A stretch of 23,081 nt of DNA. Origin: a bacterium. GTDB lineage: Bacteria; SAR324; NAC60-12. Shown here piece by piece: positions 17,807 to 23,081 of the stretch. The translations under genes were made by a program, and so were the position numbers. The DNA lies in the NCBI GenBank assembly GCA_965205865.1, contig CBDBHR010000006.1, positions 1 to 23,081 of the forward strand. Reading direction: 5' to 3'. Numbering within the stretch: the stretch's first letter is position 1; the number at the start of each line of letters is the position of its first letter. The notes under the pieces were generated by a model. The model made no database searches. It saw nothing but the letters and a program-made list of their open reading frames with translations, and was not told the DNA's origin.

Positions 17807-18811
17807 TTAAACCCGATGGGGGTGAGGACCGAATTCTGCTTGATAAAAGGGGGAAACAAAAGTTCCGGGAGGAACTAATTGATCGACTTCAGCACAATCT
17901 TCCTCGGTTAATTTGAGATCTAATGATTTCAAATTATCTTCCAATTGTTCCATGGTTCGGGGACCGATAATCGGGCTGGTGATTCCAGGTTGATTCATGA
18001 CCCAAGCAATGGCAAAGTGAGACACACTGGTGTCCTTCGCTTGCGTATATTCTTTCAATTGATCGATAATGGCCAAGACTTTCTTGTTATACCGTTCTGC
18101 TTGGACAGCATTAGCGGTGGCAAATCTCGAATCCCTGGGAGGAGGGGTATCCATTGAATATTTACCAGTCAACAAACCCCCACCTAAGGGACTCCAAGGC
18201 AGAGTTCCAATACCGTAAGTTTGGGCCATCGGAAGCAATTCTCGTTCGATGCGACGATCCAGAATGTTATAAGGAGGTTGTTCTGAAACAAAACGATTCA
18301 ACCCCCACTCTTTAGAAACCCATAACGCTTCCACTACCTGCCAAGCTGCAAAAGTTGTCGTGCCAATATAACGAACTTTTCCTGATCTGACCAAATCATC
18401 AAGAGCTCGCAAGGTTTCATCAATAGCAATATCAGGATTAGGGCGATGCATTTGATATAAATCGATGTAATCCGTTTGCAGCCTTTTTAAGCTCGCTTCA
18501 CACTGCTCAATAATGTGTCGACGTGAATTGCCTGCAGCATTGGGATCCTCATCAGCCATACGGCCATGGACTTTGGTGGCTAAGATAATCTTATCCCTCA
18601 TCCCATTTCTTTTCAAAGCTTCTCCCGTGACTTCCTCGCTCCGTCCAAGAGAATAAACATTGGCAGTATCTAAAAAATTAATTCCCTGGTCAATCGCTCG
18701 ATCAATAATCGCATAGGATGCTTCCGGTTCGGTTTTTCCACCAAAATTCATGCATCCCAAACACAATGGAGTGACTTTCACTCCGGTTCGTCCAAAATTT
18801 CTATATTCCAT
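17807..18811 (-). CDS. Aldo/keto reductase
   Basis: MEYRNFGRTG, LCLGCMNFG, INFLDTANVY, ILATK, DYIDLYQMH, WSPLGGGLLTGKY, PIIGPRT. Confidence 0.95.
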   Translation of the reverse strand: MEYRNFGRTGVKVTPLCLGCMNFGGKTEPEASYAIIDRAIDQGINFLDTANVYSLGRSEEVTGEALKRNGMRDKIILATKVHGRMADEDPNAAGNSRRHIIEQCEASLKRLQTDYIDLYQMHRPNPDIAIDETLRALDDLVRSGKVRYIGTTTFAAWQVVEALWVSKEWGLNRFVSEQPPYNILDRRIERELLPMAQTYGIGTLPWSPLGGGLLTGKYSMDTPPPRDSRFATANAVQAERYNKKVLAIIDQLKEYTQAKDTSVSHFAIAWVMNQPGITSPIIGPRTMEQLEDNLKSLDLKLTEEDCAEVDQLVPPGTFVSPFYQAEFGPHPHRV

Positions 18812-19047
18812 TTCAATTTTCCTAACTATTTTGATGCTCCCCGGTTTTCCGGATTTCAAAAAAGAATTATAAGTTTAGCACTAATTGCGGTCACAAGTCA
18901 AGGTAGTGTAGTGGTCAAGTAATAATTGACAATTGATAAGAGTTTTTTACATTTGCATAAATCCGGGGACAGTTACTTAACCTAAGTTCGAGATAAGAAT
19001 TTAATAAATTCAATATGTTATGGAATCTTCATATCTTAGAGAAACCT

Positions 19048-19147
19048 TGTCATTCCTGCGAAAGCAGGAATCCGGAGGTATGCAGCCAGACTGAAATCCG
19101 GATCCCCGCTCCCCGCTTTCGCGGGGACAAGTTTCGCGAGGATGACA
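19048..19147. repeat. GTCATTCC-type paired REP-like element with nested unit
   Basis: Left arm TGTCATTCCTGCGAAAGCAGGAATCC; right arm GGATCCCCGC...TTTCGCGAGGATGACA interrupted by CCCCGCTTTCGCGGGGACAAG. Confidence 0.85.
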
Positions 19148-19207
19148 TATACACCAGGATACTCATATTATTGAAGATTTATGTCGAACTCAGGTTACTT
19201 ATTTTTA

Positions 19208-19407
19208 TCATTTTTTAGGTCTCCCTGGTTTTTTGAGACTCAATTCTCGTTTGGTCATTGCTTTCGCCTTTCTCAAAAACGGTCATCTCCCAAGGATCGA
19301 CCCGTCCGAAAATGCATTCGAAATCTTTCTAAATCCTGGGACTCTTCCTTTCTTTGGGTGATATGATGGGGTACGCATGGAAGTACCACTCTCGCTAACC
19401 CGGCTAT
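19208..19407 (-). pseudogene. Internally deleted RAYT/Y1 tyrosine transposase remnant
   Basis: Not in the ORF track. Minus strand reads IAGLARVVLPCVPHHITQR fused to KEESQDLERFRMHFRTGRSLGDDRF, then after a frameshift LRKAKAMTKRELSLKKPGRPKK*. These look like RAYT N- and C-termini without the HUH core. Confidence 0.75.
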
Positions 19408-19900
19408 CTTACTTGCAATTTCCGAATTGAAAATTCAATGCTCGATGATGATTCACAACAATTATCGAATAAAGGAAACCATTGAAAATAATCAGTGCTT
19501 GAACGAAAACCTTTCATTCCTTGAAAAATAAGGGATACAAGGATATTTTTGAAAACAATATTTCCAAGTCGAAAATATACAAAAAATTACGGACTATAAG
19601 GACAGTGATGAGTAAATTTACAAAAACATTTTTTTCCAGGGAATAGAGATTGAAAACCACTAACACCCCGCGGGCATTGTTTGATAGTCAGTGCCGGGTC
19701 CAACTGTCTTGATTTATCCATGCGCCTGCGCAATACTGGCGATCACCCTTTGGCAGGATTTCGTCAAGGAACTTATTCCGTTTGACGTTTAATCAAAAAC
19801 TTTCGGAACCGAGGGGGACCAGATGGGTAGCCAGCCAATTCCGATGATGGGAGATGCAATATTTTTTATACGATCAGCAACCTTCATGAGACGATAGGCA

Positions 19901-20047
19901 ATGAGTTGGATCAAAGAAGTGGAAGCCATCAACAAACGGCGGGAGTTGGCAAGTCAGCAAGGGGGAGAGGAATCAGTAGCGCGCCACCATGCCAAAGGAT
20001 TCAGCCTGTCTTGGAGACTCTCAAAGGTCCCCGCGCTTTTTCAATGA
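19901..20047 (+). pseudogene. N-terminal stub of an acyl-CoA carboxylase carboxyltransferase
   Basis: MSWIKEVEAINKRRELASQQGGEESVARHHAKG resembles PccB-like N-termini; similarity ends near 19999, before the expected RERI motif, and the frame stops at 20047. Confidence 0.7.
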
Positions 20048-20199
20048 GACCCTGAAGATTTGGAAAGGTTCACGGCCATTGAAAGTTGTTTGTCAAACAA
20101 ATAAAATCGAAACTCACAAAATAATCTTTCCAAAGAATGTTGTAGAACGCTGTACTTTGAGAAGCAATCCGGATTCGATAACCATCGAGAGGAGGTCCT

Positions 20200-22869
20200 A
20201 TGAGCAACAACCCCACACTGGTCGATATTGATCCCACGGAAACCCGTGAATGGTTGCAAGCCCTCAGAGGGGTAATCCAACATGTAGGAGTAGAGCGGGC
20301 TCATTTTTTACTGGAAAGGCTCATTGACGAGGCAAGACGTTCCGGGGCGCATTTGCCTTATGATCCCAATACTGCTTACCTCAACACAATCCCTCCGAAC
20401 CAAGAAGAACGGAGTCCGGGTGATATGGAATTGGAGTGGCGGATCCGATCCTATGTTCGTTGGAACGCTTTGGCAATGGTGGTGCGGGCCAATCGTATCA
20501 CTCCGGAGCTTGGAGGCCATATTGCCAGTTTTGCATCCTCGGCGACTTTGTATGATATCGGGCTCAACCATTTCTGGCATGCGCCCGGTGACAGCCATGG
20601 AGGGGATCTGGTATTTTTCCAGGGACACTCCACTCCCGGGATGTATGCTCGTTGTTTCCTGGAAGGGCGATTGAGTGAAGAGGATTTGATGAAATTTCGA
20701 CAGGAAACCGATGGTTCAGGACTTTCTTCCTATCCCCATCCCTGGCTCATGCCGCATTTTTGGCAATTCCCCACGGTTTCCATGGGACTGGGTCCGATCA
20801 TGGCCATTTATCAAGCGCGTTTCATGAAATACTTACAAAACCGTGGTTTGTCGAACACGGAAGGGCGTAGAGTCTGGGTATTTATAGGAGATGGAGAAAC
20901 CGACGAACCGGAGTCCTTGGGTGCGATCTCATTGGCAGGACGTGAACAACTGGACAACCTTATATTTGTTGTCAACTGCAATTTACAGCGTCTGGACGGT
21001 CCCGTGCGTGGCAATGGAAAAATCATTCAGGAGTTGGAAGGCATTTTTCGAGGGGCGGGATGGAATGTGATAAAAGTGATATGGGGCAGCTATTGGGATC
21101 CTCTGCTGGCCCGGGATACCAAAGGGTTATTGCGCAAACGCATGGAAGAGGCGGTGGATGGCGAATATCAGGCCTTCAAAGCCAAAGGAGGCGCATATAC
21201 GCGGGAGAATTTTTTTGGCAAGTACCCGGAATTGAAGGAAATGGTCTCCAACATGAGCGACGAGGACATATGGCGATTGAACCGGGGTGGGCATGATCCC
21301 CATAAAGTCTATGCAGCCTATGCGGCCGCCACCAAACACAAGGGTCAGCCCACCGTGATTCTGGCAAAGACGGTCAAAGGATATGGCATGGGTGAATCCG
21401 GGGAAGGCCAGAATATCACTCACCAGCAAAAGAAAATGGGAGAAGAAGCCTTGAAGAAATTTCGGGATCGTTTCAGCATTCCTATTTCTGATCAGGAAAT
21501 CAAAGATGCCCCTTTCTATAAGCCTGCCGGGGACAGCCCGGAAATCCGCTACCTCAAAGAGCGCCGCGATGCATTAGGAGGCGCTTTCCCGGCCCGATAT
21601 ACTGAGAGCGCACCCCTGGAAATACCAGATCTTCTGGCATTTGATGCGCAGCTCAAAGGCACGGGTGAACGGGAAATCTCCACCACCATGGCTTTTGTCC
21701 GCATTCTCAACACGCTGGCTCGTGATAAAAAAATCGGCCGCTTTGTGGTGCCCATTGTGCCGGATGAATCCCGCACTTTTGGCATGGAGGGCATGTTCCG
21801 CCAATTGGGGATTTATTCTCCAAAAGGTCAATTGTACAATCCGGAAGATGCCGACCAACTGATGTATTACAAAGAAGATAAAAAAGGCCAAGTACTCCAG
21901 GAAGGGATCACCGAAGCCGGAGCATTCTCTTCCTGGATGGCCATTGGTAGCGCATACAGCAATCATGGCATGAGTATGATTCCTTTTTATATTTATTATT
22001 CCATGTTTGGTATGCAACGCATCGGCGATCTCGCCTGGGCTGCCGGAGACATGCAAGTGCGTGGGTTCCTCTTGGGGGGCACTGCCGGACGGACGACACT
22101 GGCAGGAGAAGGATTGCAACACCAGGACGGTCACAGCCACATTCTTGCTTCCACCATCCCGAATTGTATTTCATATGATCCCACCTTCGCTTACGAGTTG
22201 GCAGTCATCATACAAGATGGTTTGCGCCGTATGTTCCAGGAACAGGAAAACGTCTATTACTACATCACCGTCATGAATGAAAACTATACTCACCCTCAAA
22301 TACTGAAAGGGTGTGAAGAAGGAATCCGCAAAGGCATGTATTTGTTGCGGGAAGGCCGAGACGGGAGCAAAAATAGCCAGGTGCAACTGCTGGGCAGTGG
22401 AACGATTCTGCGTGAGGTGATGGCTGCTGCTGATTTGCTGGAACAAGACTTCAAAGTATCCGCCGATATTTGGAGTGTCACCAGCTTCAATGAGTTGGCG
22501 CGTGACGGAGACCAGGCGCAACGCTGGAACATGTTGCATCCCGGGAAAAAACAAAAAATCAGTTATGTCACAAAATGTCTGGCGCAACGCAATGGAGTGG
22601 TCGTAGCGGCAACTGATTACATGAGGAATTATGCCAATCAAATCCGTGCCCTTATCCCCCAACCTTATCTGGTTCTGGGAACGGACGGATTCGGACGAAG
22701 CGATACTCGCGTCAAATTACGGCAGTTTTTCGAAGTGAACCGCAATTATGTAGTGCTTGCCACCTTGAAAGCTTTGGCTGAAGAAGGAACCGTTCCCGTA
22801 GCAAAAGTGGCGGAAGCAATCAAGAAATATGGCATTGATTCGGAAAAACCCTATCCGACCACCGTATAA
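20200..22869 (+). CDS. aceE: Pyruvate dehydrogenase E1, homodimeric type
   Basis: DIDPTETREW, GGHIASF, WQFPTVSMGLGP, GDGETDEPES (ThDP motif), EGLQHQDGHS, LGTDGFGRSD; RBS GAGGAGG. Confidence 0.98.
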   Translation: MSNNPTLVDIDPTETREWLQALRGVIQHVGVERAHFLLERLIDEARRSGAHLPYDPNTAYLNTIPPNQEERSPGDMELEWRIRSYVRWNALAMVVRANRITPELGGHIASFASSATLYDIGLNHFWHAPGDSHGGDLVFFQGHSTPGMYARCFLEGRLSEEDLMKFRQETDGSGLSSYPHPWLMPHFWQFPTVSMGLGPIMAIYQARFMKYLQNRGLSNTEGRRVWVFIGDGETDEPESLGAISLAGREQLDNLIFVVNCNLQRLDGPVRGNGKIIQELEGIFRGAGWNVIKVIWGSYWDPLLARDTKGLLRKRMEEAVDGEYQAFKAKGGAYTRENFFGKYPELKEMVSNMSDEDIWRLNRGGHDPHKVYAAYAAATKHKGQPTVILAKTVKGYGMGESGEGQNITHQQKKMGEEALKKFRDRFSIPISDQEIKDAPFYKPAGDSPEIRYLKERRDALGGAFPARYTESAPLEIPDLLAFDAQLKGTGEREISTTMAFVRILNTLARDKKIGRFVVPIVPDESRTFGMEGMFRQLGIYSPKGQLYNPEDADQLMYYKEDKKGQVLQEGITEAGAFSSWMAIGSAYSNHGMSMIPFYIYYSMFGMQRIGDLAWAAGDMQVRGFLLGGTAGRTTLAGEGLQHQDGHSHILASTIPNCISYDPTFAYELAVIIQDGLRRMFQEQENVYYYITVMNENYTHPQILKGCEEGIRKGMYLLREGRDGSKNSQVQLLGSGTILREVMAAADLLEQDFKVSADIWSVTSFNELARDGDQAQRWNMLHPGKKQKISYVTKCLAQRNGVVVAATDYMRNYANQIRALIPQPYLVLGTDGFGRSDTRVKLRQFFEVNRNYVVLATLKALAEEGTVPVAKVAEAIKKYGIDSEKPYPTTV

Positions 22870-22894
22870 TTAAAGCGTACCTGGAGAAAGACGC

Positions 22895-23081
22895 ATGTCA
22901 AGAGAAGTATTATTGCCTGATATCGGAGATTTTCGGGATGTAGAGGTCATTGAAGTACTGGTTTCCCCTGGAGATCAAATCAATGAAGAAGACGCCTTGA
23001 TTACTCTGGAAAGTGATAAGGCGACGATGGAAGTTCCTGCTCCGGTTAGTGGGACCATTGAGGAAATAAAGGTCAGAATGG
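22895..23081 (+). CDS. aceF: Lipoyl-domain protein, most likely PDH E2 (partial, runs off the window)
   Basis: MSREVLLPDIGDFRDVEVIEVLV...LESDKATMEVPAP (lipoyl Lys), directly after aceE with RBS GGAG. Confidence 0.9.
   Translation, partial: MSREVLLPDIGDFRDVEVIEVLVSPGDQINEEDALITLESDKATMEVPAPVSGTIEEIKVRM

Noticed and set aside
18895-18995. tRNA (GTAGTGTAGTGGTCAA and a later GTTCGAG)
   Set aside because: No acceptor or anticodon stem pairing, and the motifs are too far apart.
20308-22662. Antisense and out-of-frame ORFs inside aceE, and similar ones inside other long genes
   Set aside because: Shadow ORFs of well-supported genes, with no motifs of their own.

Overview
Bacterial DNA: a decaying, IS-rich accessory region (1 to about 20,050) followed by the core aceE-aceF pyruvate dehydrogenase genes. 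The accessory part holds a broken ISNCY/IS5-like element, a truncated MOSC gene, two near-identical intact copies of a 1.83-kb DDE IS (2037-3868, 8915-10748) and an IS630. It also holds a catabolic cluster for an unknown substrate: Asp-box sialidase-like pseudogene, Tat-exported ABC binding protein, PhyH-type dioxygenase, two permeases, GlxA-type regulator, atypical DHDPS-family aldolase, D-2-hydroxyacid dehydrogenase and an enolase-superfamily enzyme. An aldo/keto reductase, REP-like elements, a deleted RAYT remnant and a carboxyltransferase stub follow. The main observation is that the phyH-like gene is cut at a duplicated TAGCTA into halves 6.9 kb apart on opposite strands, each abutting the RIGHT end of one IS copy, with the copies in direct orientation. 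This is the geometry of a Tn10-type inside-end deletion-inversion, and it flipped the 5' half of the operon. All family calls come from motif recognition; no searches were run.
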